In this document: one piece after another, positions 1 to 12,588 of the stretch
Layout: each line of letters opens with the position of its first letter
How positions within the stretch are numbered: the first letter of the stretch is position 1
DNA from: Octopus sinensis
Taxonomy: Eukaryota
DNA length: 64,000 nt
Direction of reading: 5' to 3'
NCBI RefSeq assembly: GCF_006345805.1
Contig: NC_043018.1
Coordinates: 13,702,001 to 13,766,000 of the forward strand
The notes under the pieces: model-generated
What the model was told of the DNA's origin: nothing
The model's input: the letters and a program-made list of their open reading frames with translations, nothing else
Database searches by the model: none
Program-made: the position numbers and the translations under genes

Positions 1-162
1 GGATTCTTGTTTCGGTTGTGCATGTTGTGAGTTGAAGTCCCGTCGGTAAATTAAACACCAGTATCATCTAATCCCATCTCTAAATATTCTTTGCTTTCTC
101 CCTTGATGTGACACATTAATGTAATTATATTTTCTATTTCCTATGATATTCTGTATTTACAG

Positions 163-382
163 CAACCCTCACGCGGGAAATGGAACGTGCAATCCAGTGT
201 TCTGTCTCTTAAGCTCAACAACACCACACTTACCTTGCTGCTCAGGTTCGAATATTTGTACATGCAGACCTTATCGTTTCTGCAAATGTAATTCTCAGAA
301 TATGATCCATGTGGCTAATAACGGTATACTCCAAACTGTGATAATTTTTCTGATTTTTTTTGTAAATTTACCATCTTATTAA
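163..382 (+). CDS. K1: terminal exon of an agatoxin-like 8-Cys knottin peptide gene (upstream exons lie outside the window)
   Basis: Acceptor TTCTGTATTTACAG ends at 162 (phase 2). Reads NPHAGNGTCNPVFCLLSSTTPHLPCCSGSNICTCRPYRFCKCNSQNMIHVANNGILQTVIIFLIFFVNLPSY*, framework C-x4-C-x10-CC-x5-CxC-x5-CxC. The ORF-track N-terminus MIFCIY is intron sequence. Confidence 0.8.
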
Positions 383-655
383 CGTTCTGCTCTACTGAAT
401 CTTGTGGATAAATGTCATACGTTCGATTGTTTTTATACAAGGGGAAAATCGGTGAGATCACGAAGTCAGACAAAACAAAGGATCCAAACACGCAGCAAAA
501 TAGACTCGACTCCAAAAATATCAATAAGTGTTGTTGCTGTTAATGCTGCTGCTGCTACTTCGTCTCCTGCCCTACTCCTTCTCTTCCTCCTACTACTACC
601 TTTTCAATTTTGAAATTAACTCAACTATAAAATCCTATAACAATATAACACTTTG

Positions 656-661
656 AATAAA
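656..661 (+). promoter_or_regulatory. Candidate poly(A) signal of K1
   Basis: AATAAA about 270 nt after the stop. The same site is present in K2 (10695-10700, minus) and deleted in K3. Confidence 0.4.
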
Positions 662-942
662 CGTCAGAAAGATAGTGAAATATAAAATATTAACGAGCAG
701 ATGTTTGATTTTGTAATTTATCCTGGAAAGAAATTCACGTATGTTGCGCCAAGAAATGAAATGGTTAAAATATGTAAACAATAACCAACAATCATGAGTT
801 TTCTAACAACCCTAATTTTGGACGACAATCGCATCAAATATCTCATTTATGCTATTAATCCGTGAAATTTTAATGAAATTTCAATTAAATTCATTTATTA
901 AACTATTACAAATATTCAGTGCTTTGTTCTTCGTTGTTCTTT

Positions 943-1227
943 TTGTTTATACGTCATTGAACGTAACAAACTCTTTGTGCTTCGTTCTTCGCTGTCCTAT
1001 TTGTTTATACGTCATTGAACGTAACAAACTCTTTGTGCTTCGTTCTTCGCTGTCCTATTTGTTTATACGTCATAGAACGTAACAAATTCTATGTGCTTCG
1101 TTCTTCGCTGTCCCATTTGTTTATACGTCATTGAACGTAGCAAATTCTATGTGCTTCGTTCTTCGCTGTCCCATTTGTTTATACGTCATTGAAAGTAACA
1201 AACTCTTTGTGCTTCGTTCTTCGCTGT
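943..1227. repeat. 58-bp minisatellite, about 5 units, downstream of K1
   Basis: ACGTCA core recurs at 951, 1009, 1067, 1125 and 1183. Confidence 0.9.
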
Positions 1228-1859
1228 GGTGTTTTTTTTTAAAGTTTTGGATATGGAGGGTAAGATTTTACATTGGAGTGTCACACTATATTATTGTAAA
1301 AGCCAGAATATTCTGCAAGTTCTACATTATAACATTTAAGAAAGAAGAAACAGGAAAAAGAGAGATAAAAAAAGAAAAGCAAGGAATTATAATAGGAATT
1401 ATAAATAGATTAGTGTTCACTTCCGGATTCTATCACTCTGTGAAAGTTTCTAGTTCGAATCACACGTGTCTCGAGGTGCGCCGAAGATTTTTCTATTTTG
1501 GATATATTTGGGGTACTTAAGTCTGCTCGGGATTTGGTGCTTGCTTGTTCCATGTGTATGAATAAGTATTTCATTTATATCTCGCGTATGTGCCGCTGAA
1601 GAGGGGAAAATTTCTTGTGAATTAACCCCGAAATTGGACCAATACGGTAATAACGAATTGTTTAGAGATTTCTATCGGTTTGCTTCGAGACGCATAAATT
1701 TAATGGTTATCGACAATTTTTTGTTTCGGCGTAACTGGCATTAGAATTTTTCTTCTGCCCTTATCTTGTAAATTATGTATAAATTTTACCTTTAAATGCA
1801 TTTTTTGATATGTTGGCCAATTGATAATTTTTTTTCCCCAAAAATTTTTTATCGTATAT

Positions 1860-3868
1860 CAATTATACTTAAATTCGTTTACGATAACATTAGGTATATG
1901 CAAATAGAGCTTCTATTTCACTATTCCGTGTAACGTGTAATGATACTGACCAGTGTGTCAGCATTCGGGGTCGCATCATGGTTATACAGATATAATGTAG
2001 GATAAATATGATAATAACAATCATTTTAGGATGGAATTTAGTAATATTTGCTACATCGCTACGCGTGTTTCCATAACTCACATGATTTTGACATCATGCA
2101 ACAGCACTTGCAATAGCCTGCCTACTTTTCTGATTTCTGAAGAAGGATGATACGAGTACATATGATACCACCTGAAAGAGAAACGTCAAACTAGAGACAA
2201 GTTAGCCACAGATGAAAATTGTATGGCCTCTTCTGCACTCTATGAATTTAGTTTCCGACACTATGTTTGCTATATCATAAATCAAATAAAAGTCTGGTAT
2301 GGAATATGGTGTTAGAAAAGTTTAAGACTTCCAGTAAGATAGATAAACAAAGTAGTCTAACTTGGATCTACAACAGTTGTACTGACTCGGGGTTTTAAGG
2401 TTAATTTGAAATATAGGAAGAGGATAAGCATGAAGTATATCGTCTCGTATATCCATTGCAAGCATTATGGAATTAATACTAAAATTAATCTGTAATGGAC
2501 GACTCAGTAAGATTTCCATTTGTCCCCCCCCCCAGTATTTATGGCAAAAGTGTGGGATTGTGAAGCTGATATTTGAACAACATGCACACGTGTGCCAATT
2601 CCTATTCTTATTCACCTATCTCGTAGTCTTCTTCTCTGTCTCTATCTATACATATTCTCATATGCATATATGTAAAAGACATACCTACTCGCATACAGAC
2701 GCTTACACACACAGACACACACGTGTGTGTGTGTGTGTGTTTCATATTTTGGTCACAAGGCCGGAAGGTTTGGGTGATTGAGTAAATCGATTATATCAAC
2801 CGCCGTGCTCAACTGGTACTTATTTTATCAACCCCAGAGTGATGAAAGGTAATGTCGACCTGGGCAGTGTTTGAACTCTGAACATAAAGACGGATGATGT
2901 GCCGTTAAGCAGCGACCGGTGTGCAAAATGTTCCGCTAGATCACTCTTTATAGTTATATATAAATACGTGTTTACAAACACAGTAACGTACAGATAGGCA
3001 GACTCTCATTCACACACACACAGGCTCACTCCTCACACTCTAATGATATTAAGGGAAACAAAGAATTTGAACATTCAGACTTTCTGTTTGGTTTTATTGA
3101 TAGTAATTGTCTGACACGTATTTCGATCGTATCAACTGCAAATTTCTTCATATTTATATGCAGGGATTTATGCATAATTTATACGATCTCTTCAGCCATT
3201 GTTCAAGGAGCAATTCTCCCCGTTATTAGTTTAGAAAATAGGGAAGGAAAAATGTAATTTTTGCCTCGAAGAATTATATCAAAAATTTACTTTAAAAAAT
3301 GAATTAGTTAACACTACACAAGAAAGAAGTTTTAATTGCTTGCACAAACAACGTTTTATTTTTAAAATATACAAATAATAGAAGGCAAGAAACATGTAAT
3401 TCTAGCTATTCAACTCTTTAAAACAATAACAGTAATTAAATTGAGTAAATTTACAATTAAATATTTCATTTTATTATCTGCATGGTGTCTACTGACCTGT
3501 AATCACCCACTACTATTTCCATCACAATTTAAATAGAACAACCAACCCAAAGATCTATATAATATACCATATGACTATAAGGACTGTAGAATAATTAAAA
3601 AGAATAACATGATTTACTACTACCATTACCAAGTCTGATTGAAACAAATAGCGGGAAGAATTACTCCTGGAAAAATGTCATATTTATTCACACTGAAGAG
3701 ATCGTAAAAATTAGGCATAAATCCCTGCATATAAATATGCAGCAATTTGCCATTGATGCGACATAAATACGACATAAAGGACAATTATTATGAATAAACC
3801 AAGCAGAAAGTCTTCGTTTTCCTTATTACCAGTATTGTAAGACCAAGAAGCCAGGAAATAAACCGTAA
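1860..3868 (+). repeat. ~2 kb direct duplication of ~30650-32660
   Basis: Collinear from TTAAATTCGTTTACGATAAC to AAGCCAGGAAATAAACCGTAA in both copies. Confidence 0.9.
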
Positions 3869-4054
3869 CATCGAATGGTATTTTTTTTTTAGGAAATGTA
3901 CCTTAAAACGGATCATCAGATGAAACCGGCCTTGGAAATCAAAAATAGAGTCACGCGTTATCTGCCTGTATATCAATATCCCTCCTCTTACTATGTATGC
4001 ATACATACATACATAAACACATACATACATACATACATACATACATACATACAT

Positions 4055-4115
<61 letters not shown>

Positions 4116-4132
4116 TAAATAAATAACTAAAG

Positions 4133-4340
4133 ACAGCGAGCTGGCAGAACCGTTAGCACGCCGGACGAAATGCTTAGCTGTATTTCGTCTGCCGCTACGT
4201 TCTGAGTTCAAATTCCGCCAAGGTCGACTTTGCCTTTTATCCTTTCGGAGGCGATTAAATAAGTACCAGTTACGCACAATCCGTTTGTCTGTCCTTGTTT
4301 GTCCTCTCTGTGGACAAACAAGAAATAGGTATTTCGTCTT
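4133..4340 (+). mobile_element. SINE-like family B copy
   Basis: GAGCTGGCAGAACCGTTAGCACGCCGGACGAAATGCTTAG...TTCTGAGTTCAAATTCCGCC...AAGAAATAGGTATTTCGTC; more than 10 copies in the window. Confidence 0.75.
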
Positions 4341-4855
4341 TCTTTACATACGAAGCTTTTTATGCACCGGATAACATGCCTTCCGATTCAATGCACTGTG
4401 AATTAAAGTTACGCAACGCCAACTAATGCCTTTCATCTCTCCATGGTGTATAAAATATGTACTAACGAATAACTGGATTAGAGGATATCGATTAACCACT
4501 CCACTGAAAACTGGTAGCTCTGTCTCTGAAATTCGAAACAATAATAGGATGTAATATAGTGATGCACTATCTATTGGCGTACGATAGCTTCATCCATTTC
4601 ACATAAAATCGGAGTTACACATTATATTTTGAGCGAAGGTAATGTCACCGTTCTAACATGGTGTGTAATGTCTGTGCAAACATTTTGGTACACGACACAT
4701 TTGTTATCTTCTACTTGTTTCAGTCATTTGAATGCGGTTGTACTGGGGCACCAACTTGAAGGGTTTTAGTCGAACAAAACGACCACAGGACAATATGTAA
4801 GGACAACCGTTCCTTTCAAGCGAAAAATGAAATTATGGAGTCGCTTGATAACCGG

Positions 4856-5177
<322 letters not shown>

Positions 5178-6192
5178 GGGTTTAGTGGAGGGGAGGTACG
5201 ACGACGAGCTCGGGGCGAACCTGGACGTCGACGAGGAGTACCTGACCCGCCTGTTCAGGACGACTTTCGGGCCAGGGCCCATGGACAACTTCCAGAGATC
5301 CCTGGCCTGGCAGTGCTACCGAGAAGCGCTACCCGTTCGGGATAAGCTCTACAGACACGGCTCGAGAAACACGGGGCCGACCTGCCCGAGATGCGGTCAG
5401 AGCGACGAAACCGTTCTGCACGCACTCGTGCAGTGTCCAACAATTTCCGACCTGTGGGCTTGTGTCGAACAACTGCTGTCACGTGTGGGACGAGTCGGTT
5501 TATCAGCTGAGTCTATCGTTAATATTGTCACGCCTCCCTCATTCAAACGGGAAGGAAGTGCTATTTTCATCATCCTTGTGGCTATGGCGAAAGAATGTAT
5601 CTGGTGGACGCGTCTGAAAGGATTGGAGACAAACACTTTCCTCTCTGGTCAATCTCTCATCAACTTCTTCAAGTACCACTTGAAAAGGAAAGTGAGAGTA
5701 GAGAGGCAAGTTTTGTCTAGCGAATGTTTTAAAAAAAGATGGGTGAATGTAGCAAGAATGGCACGTATGAATGACGAAGCCACCTTGAGCATGATCCTAT
5801 GAACCCAGAAATTGAAAACAGAGAGTTGCTTATTTGCAAAAAAAAAAAGAAATATAACATGTGACTCCATTGACCGAGGTTACCGTGGTCTTTTCCGTAG
5901 GCTTTTCTTTCCACGGGTAAACATCACCTGTCCTCCCCTTTACACTTCATATTGACATTTCTGTGATAACGATCCCTATTGATCAATTTTTTTTTTGTTT
6001 CCTCTCCCCACCTTTTTTTAACCCCCCTTTTTTTTAACCCCCCCTTTTTTGTCCTCTTTCTCTCCTTTTACGATCCCTTTTGATCGAAACTCCCCCTTCC
6101 TTTTTTTTTTTTTTCTTAAACCCTCAAAAGAAAAGCTCTACCTTGTAATTTGTTCTATCTGTGTGCAGCCCTGTGTGGCTAATAAAGAAACA
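5178..6192 (+). mobile_element. 5'-truncated Tx1/L1-clade non-LTR retrotransposon (C-terminal zf-RVT-type region plus 3' UTR)
   Basis: ORF 5185-5802 has the CCHC motif CPRCGQSDETVLHALVQC and a typical W-rich tail. The 3' UTR ends CTGTGTGGCTAATAAAGAAAC followed by (ATCT)n. Confidence 0.85.
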
Positions 6193-6274
<82 letters not shown>

Positions 6275-6286
6275 CCTACCTACCTT

Positions 6287-6367
<81 letters not shown>

Positions 6368-6629
6368 AACTTTTTAGCAGATGTAACAGAATTACATAAG
6401 GTCCTAGTGCCTCGTGCATTGGTATTTATGTAACTAGTCAAAAGAGACAGAGCTGCGAGTTTATATAGTTACTGAGAACTTTATTATTGAATTAAATAAC
6501 TGGCAAAATATTTAAATTATCCACGTGACATTATTACGATTAGAAGAATCCAGCGGGAAATACATTAATCAATGAATATTTTATCACGGAGGTGTTCGAA
6601 CTGCGACTAGTTTGATAAGTGCCAACGCG

Positions 6630-6701
<72 letters not shown>

Positions 6702-7399
6702 TATATATATTCTTTCAGTTTCTCTCTGCCAATTGGACTCATACGACTACTGTAGGTAAACCCTGTGGAAAGTGCCTTGAAGTAGTTGGGAAAAAAACTC
6801 CTTACCATGCCTGGCCTATGTTTGTTTTATACTTTTTTGCACTTAATGTGTATTGAATTTCTTTAAAATATAAATGTAACAGAGTGAACGAGATTTCCTA
6901 ATCCACCCACCAAGGAGACGGAAACGTTTTAAGCTGAGTTGTTTGTGTGCGCGGAAAGTTGTATGTCTACGACTTTTATCAATTTTGGTATTTGGGGCCT
7001 TATATGCCATTTAGTCAATATTGGTATACTGTATCTGTTGTGAGTGAGATTTGAACTCTGAATGATATGGTTGGAGAGTTGACATTTGAAGCAAGCCGAA
7101 AAGATAATCTTCACTATGTTGGTGGCCGAGCTAGTATGTTGCGCGTGATTGATATAGGTAAAACAAGTATGTGCAAAAGTTTATAAGAACTACGCTGTCT
7201 TATTTGTTATCGTCGTTACTTAGTAGCAGGCGCGTTAAATAAACACTATTACTATAAATCATTGGGTTCTTTCATTTGGTTAGCGATCATACATTAGAGG
7301 TGTTCCTGTGTGGTAAAAAATTCCCTTTTGTACTTGCCACACACAAACACACAAACGCACATACACACACACACATACACACTCAGATACATATATAAT

Positions 7400-7790
7400 T
7401 TAGATAGCTTAGATACTTAAGCACTTTTAAATCTCATCGTATTCAAAGTAAATGCAGATATGAACTGCAAGACGCAGAACGTTATATACGGCATAGCCTG
7501 CCCCACGTGCAAGGAGAATTACGTAGGCGAAACTGGTAATTCTTTGTGCCAGCGAGCCAGGATTCACCGACAACATATTCGGCAGGAAGAACTACGCAAA
7601 ATACCACTAAGTACAAACCCAGCTACGTGTGGAGAAGAAAAATATAAGATCTTTCCTTTCTACAAATGCCCGAAGAACGACACCTCTTTCAGGAGGAATA
7701 TGGAAAAATATTTCATAGCTAAGTTCTCCCCAAAATTAAATGGCTTAAATTTCACTCATCTACTCAACATACTCTGAAGGACAAATCTTT
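7400..7790 (+). mobile_element. Penelope-like element 3' fragment, GIY-YIG endonuclease
   Basis: ORF 7460-7777 reads NVIYGIACPTCKENYVGETGNSLCQRARIHRQHI...RRNMEKYFIAKFSPKLN. Confidence 0.85.
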
Positions 7791-8002
7791 CGATTTACAA
7801 TATAATATAGTAGACCATTTAATATGTGTGTGTATATATATATATGTGTGTATATATATATATATCAACAATTGAGGGTAAAATTAATTAATCAATTTCA
7901 CCAAGTGTTCAGTATGTAAAAGGACCATTTAAGGCGAATTCAAAATATTGCATTATATAATTAGGGCTTAGTAAAATAAATTACTTTGCCACATACTGAA
8001 CT

Positions 8003-8065
8003 TTTGAGCTGACGAAAGAAATGCTGATTTTATTTGGCTAATCTTGAAACGTTGACGTACTCAAA
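8003..8065 (+). ncRNA. Type I hammerhead ribozyme motif at a Penelope-like terminal repeat
   Basis: Stem I TTTGAG/CTCAAA; core CTGACGA (8009-8015); stem II AAGA..GC/GC..TCTT; GAAA (8046-8049); stem III ACG-TTGA-CGT; cleavage triplet GTA (8057-8059). Confidence 0.7.
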
Positions 8066-8255
8066 CGATCTATGTACTTGTGATATTTTTCTGTATTTAC
8101 CTCCAAACCTTCGTGATCTGTCTGGAGTAAACATTATCTGAGAGAAATTTTCTTTAAGTAGTAGAAATGGCTAAAAAAAATTTTTTTGGCTGCTATTTCT
8201 ACTAAGTTCAGTATGTGGCAAAGTAATTTATTTTACTAAGCCCTAATTATATATA

Positions 8256-8311
<56 letters not shown>

Positions 8312-9231
8312 CATGTGTATATATATATTACCTGTATATACATTATATTATTTTTGTAATTTACTTCATCTTTACTTTCCAATTGTCATTTTAATTTTAA
8401 CTTTACTATGGTATGCAATTTTCAAGATGGTGTAATTTGGTTGTTCATTTTGAATCGATAAAAGGTGTTTTTTTCCAATTTCATGTATAAGCATGTATAT
8501 ATATATAGTGGTATAAATATCAACACAATTTTTCCCCTTCCTCCCTTATTTTTCTTTTACTTTTTCTTTCTTTTCTCTCTTCCCTTCTCCAAACACACAG
8601 ACACCCCCACACACACAAACACAGACACACACACACACACCTCCACAAAACGATCATAAAAAGTGGAAGGGATTCTTAAACCCGAAAAAGCATTTGACCA
8701 TTCTCACAGTGATAAAAGGAAATATAATTTATGGCCTGCCTCCCCACCACCACACACTCAGTGACACTGTGAAGTGGTCAAAGCTGAAATTCTTTTTTTC
8801 CCTAAGGCCTTAGAACCCCCTTGGTGTCAATATTCTGTCCAGCAGACCAAAACAATTCTTTCCTTCTTCTTCACTCTCCCTTCCCCTCTTTCTCTTTAGC
8901 ACTCACCCCAGATACAAACACACACACACACACACAACAAACACATGTTCTCTCTCTCACTTTCTCCTCATCTATCATCCGCTTGTACTGTCTTATATTC
9001 CTCCCCACCACTACGAAACTCTATAAAATGATCAAAATTCACCACACAGGAACTTAGTTTGATTTGAAAACCCCACTAGAATGGGAGAAAGCGCTAATGA
9101 TCTAAGTGATATGATATATATATATATAAAAAATGTAATATATAAATAAATATCTGTAAATACAAACCATCGGATCGTCTGAGTACCTCATTTCTTCTAA
9201 TATATATATACTCAATTCCTCCAAGTAAGTT

Positions 9232-9264
<33 letters not shown>

Positions 9265-9336
9265 TTATATGAACACCACCCTGTACTTAACTACATGTCA
9301 CCCTACATTGCTTTGCTATTTGCTTTTGAGCCAAAT

Positions 9337-9384
<48 letters not shown>

Positions 9385-10131
9385 ATATATGTATATAGTT
9401 ATTTGATATTTTTTACTTCAATTTTTCAACTTCTGTCAAAAAACATTTGGGAAACTTCGTGGTCGCTTGTCTTGCAAGGAATTACTGAAAAATCATCGTC
9501 AAATCAAGTGAAACCTTCTTAAGAATGAAATGACAGTTTGGACAGTAGGAACTTATACACATCATATCGATCAAAACTTAGTTGGAAGTAATCATATCTC
9601 AATCACTTAGCATCAGGTGTTACCTTCACCACGACTGTCTTATGAACAAAACCACAATATCAATGAATAATCTTTGCAAGGACCCAACCTTGCTGCAACG
9701 GCTGCATATCCGGCTGTCATTGTCATTGAACCTGAAGAGAGAAAATTCAATATATACATTGGCCAGACTGGACTCTATCAGGTGTCACCGTCGAGACCTC
9801 GGGTGTTCTGGGAACCCGTACTACTGATTTCATCTCCAAAATAGGAATGAAGGTGCCCATCGAATAAATGAGCCCCGGGCGCGGCGGAATACACCATTTG
9901 CTCTTGGGTACGAGGCCCTCGCCCCTCCCTTCCATCTTCTACTGTTTTATATAAGTATTTTTTTTTGTTTCCTTGCTTTTCCTCTTTTATCTCTCTTTTT
10001 TCTGTTTCTTCTTTCTTAAATGTTATAATGTAGAACTTGCAGAATATTCTGGCTTTTACAATAATATAGTGTGACACTCCAATGTAAAATCTTACCATCC
10101 ATATACAAAACTTTAAAAAAAAACACCACAA

Positions 10132-10420
10132 CGAAGAACGAAGCACAAAGAGTTTGTTACGTTCAATGACGTATAAACAAATGGGACAGCGAAGAACGAA
10201 GCACATAGAATTTGCTACGTTCAATGACGTATAAACAAATAGGACAGCGAAGAACGAAGCACATAGAATTTGTTACGATCAATGACGTATAAACAAATAG
10301 GACAGCGAAGAACGAAGCACAAAGAGTTTGTTACGTTCAATGACGTATAAACAAATAGGACAGCGAAGAACGAAGCACATAGAATTTGTTACGTTCAATG
10401 ACGTATAAACAAAAAGAACA
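10132..10420. repeat. 58-bp minisatellite, about 5 units, downstream of K2
   Basis: Reverse complement of 943-1227. Confidence 0.9.
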
Positions 10421-10928
10421 ACGAAGAACAAAGCACTGAATATTTGTAATAGTTTAATAAATGAATTTAATTGAAATGTCATTAAAATTTCACGGATTAA
10501 TAGCATAAATGAGATATTTGATGCGATTGTCGTCCAAAATTAGGGTTGTTAGAAAACTCATGATTGTTGGTTATTGTTTACATATTTTTACCATTTCATT
10601 TCTTGGCGCAACATACGTGAATTTCTTTCCAGGATAAAGTACAAAATCAAACATCTGCTCGTTAATATTTTATATTTCAACTATCTTTCTGACGTTTATT
10701 CAAAGTGTTAATTTCAAAATTGAAAAGGTAGTAGTAGGAGAAGAAGGAGGAGGGGAGGAGACGAAGTAGCAGCAGCAGCATTAACAGCAACAACAATTAT
10801 TGATATTTTTGGAGTCGAGTCTATTTTGCTGCGTGTTTGGATCCTTTGTTTTGTCTCACCGATTTTCCCCTTGTATAAAAACAATGGAACGTATGACATT
10901 TATCCACAAGACTCACAGTTGCTGAACG

Positions 10929-11148
10929 TTAATAAGATGGTAAATTTACAAAAAAAATCAGAAAAACTATCACAGTTTGGAATATACCGTTATTAGCAAC
11001 GTGGATCATATTCTGAGAACTACAACGGCAGCCCTTAAAAAACGTGCATTTACAAATCTTAGATAAGCAGCAAGGATGGCTTGGTGGTCTAGAGTTGACG
11101 CCACAGTAATCTTCATAACACGGCGTTGCATTTCTCTTAATCCTGTCA
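10929..11148 (-). CDS. K2: terminal exon of an agatoxin-like 8-Cys knottin gene
   Basis: Same acceptor, phase 2. Reads DRIKR|NATPCYEDYCGVNSRPPSHPCCLSKICKCTFFKGCRCSSQNMIHVANNGIFQTVIVFLIFFVNLPSY*, with a furin-type RIKR before the knot. Confidence 0.85.
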
Positions 11149-11440
11149 CTGTAAATACAGAATATCATAGGAAATAGAAAATATAATTACATTAATGTGT
11201 CTCATCAAGGGAGAAATCAAAGAATATTTAGAGATGGGATTAGATGATACTGGTGTTTAATTTATCGACGGGACTTGAACTCACAACATGCACAACCGAA
11301 ACAAGTATCCACAAGTCATTTTTCTGCTCTTTTAACTATCACGTAGTGTATTTTCTCGAATTTTTTGAAGGATAAAGTATATAAATATATATCCAGAATT
11401 TCAAAAGTAGATGTAGACAGTGAGAGGGGTTGTGTTTTTA

Positions 11441-11603
11441 GGCGCAAGAGTGGCTGTGAGGTAAGTAGCTTTCTTATCAACCACATGGTTCCGGGTTCAG
11501 TCGCACTCCGTGGCACCTTCGGCATGTGATTGCTACTATTGGCTAGGGCCGACCAAAGCCTTGTGAGCGGATTTGCTAGACAGAAACTGAAAGAAGCCCG
11601 CCG

Positions 11604-11691
<88 letters not shown>

Positions 11692-11715
11692 TACATATAT
11701 ACATACTATATATAT

Positions 11716-11747
<32 letters not shown>

Positions 11748-11875
11748 ATATTTTACGCATGCATATGTTTCTGTATCTGTGTTTGTCCCTCCGCCATCAC
11801 TTGAAACCGATGCCGGTGTGTTTACCAGTTCGGCAAAACAGACCGATAGGATAAGTACTAGGCTTACAAAGAATA
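11441..11875 (+). mobile_element. tRNA-derived SINE family A copy with internal (TA)n
   Basis: A-box-like TGGCTGTGAGG and B-box-like GGTTCAGTC head, with the conserved body GGCCGACCAAAGCCTTGTGAG...ACCGATAG.ATAAGTAC. Confidence 0.8.
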
Positions 11876-12455
11876 TGTTACGTAAAAACAGGCTAATCAG
11901 ATATGAGATAAAAACAATTCAAAGTAAATAACTCTGAAAAAGACCTTTGTGCGTTCCCAGAGAATATTACCCCCAGGGGTGCTAGTGTTGGTATATTCGT
12001 GAATAAGATACTAAACAAAATAAGTGGATCTATTGTTTAGGAAAATAATATTTGTTTGTCTAAGGGTTGTACTGGATAAATTGTGAAAATAACTAACAGT
12101 TCTAATACTAAGAAATAAACATACTCAATTTCAATTTTACCGCATAATTTAGGAAAATGAAAGAGTTATTTCCCTTGGCTATACATAAGGTTCCCTTCCA
12201 GGGATGAACAGATTATTTCTTTTGGTTTTTAAAATAAAATATATTAGATATATATAAGGATCTCTTCTAGGGGCCCCTTTTTTTCGATGTTTTCAATAAT
12301 CTGAGTATGCCATGAGGTTTCCAGCCAAGAGTTCTACTAACATGTTATGTGTCATCAAAATCGATAAAACGATGTAGGAGGAGTTAGCTAACAACTCCAC
12401 AAGCACACCCACAGATAGAACATCCTACATATGTAGTATATTATATATATAATAA

Positions 12456-12498
<43 letters not shown>

Positions 12499-12541
12499 AT
12501 ATTACATATATATACATATATATACATATATATACATATAT

Positions 12542-12588
<47 letters not shown>

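Larger units (their letters stand above)
1..1392 (+). repeat. Segmental duplication unit shared with 28604-29712 (direct) and ~9950-11310 (inverted)
   Basis: Near-identical sequence flanks the knottin exon in all three copies. Confidence 0.9.

Noticed and set aside
849-1520. Repeated ORFs MLLIREIL... and MNVANSMCFVLRCPICLY... in all three duplicates
   Set aside because: They are read-throughs of the 58-bp minisatellite, and their lengths and frames differ between copies.
1890-2615. Minus-strand ORFs and an acceptor (TTTCTCTTTCAG near 2172) in the 2-kb duplicated block
   Set aside because: No recognisable product, and the frames are not maintained in the duplicate at 30678-31400.
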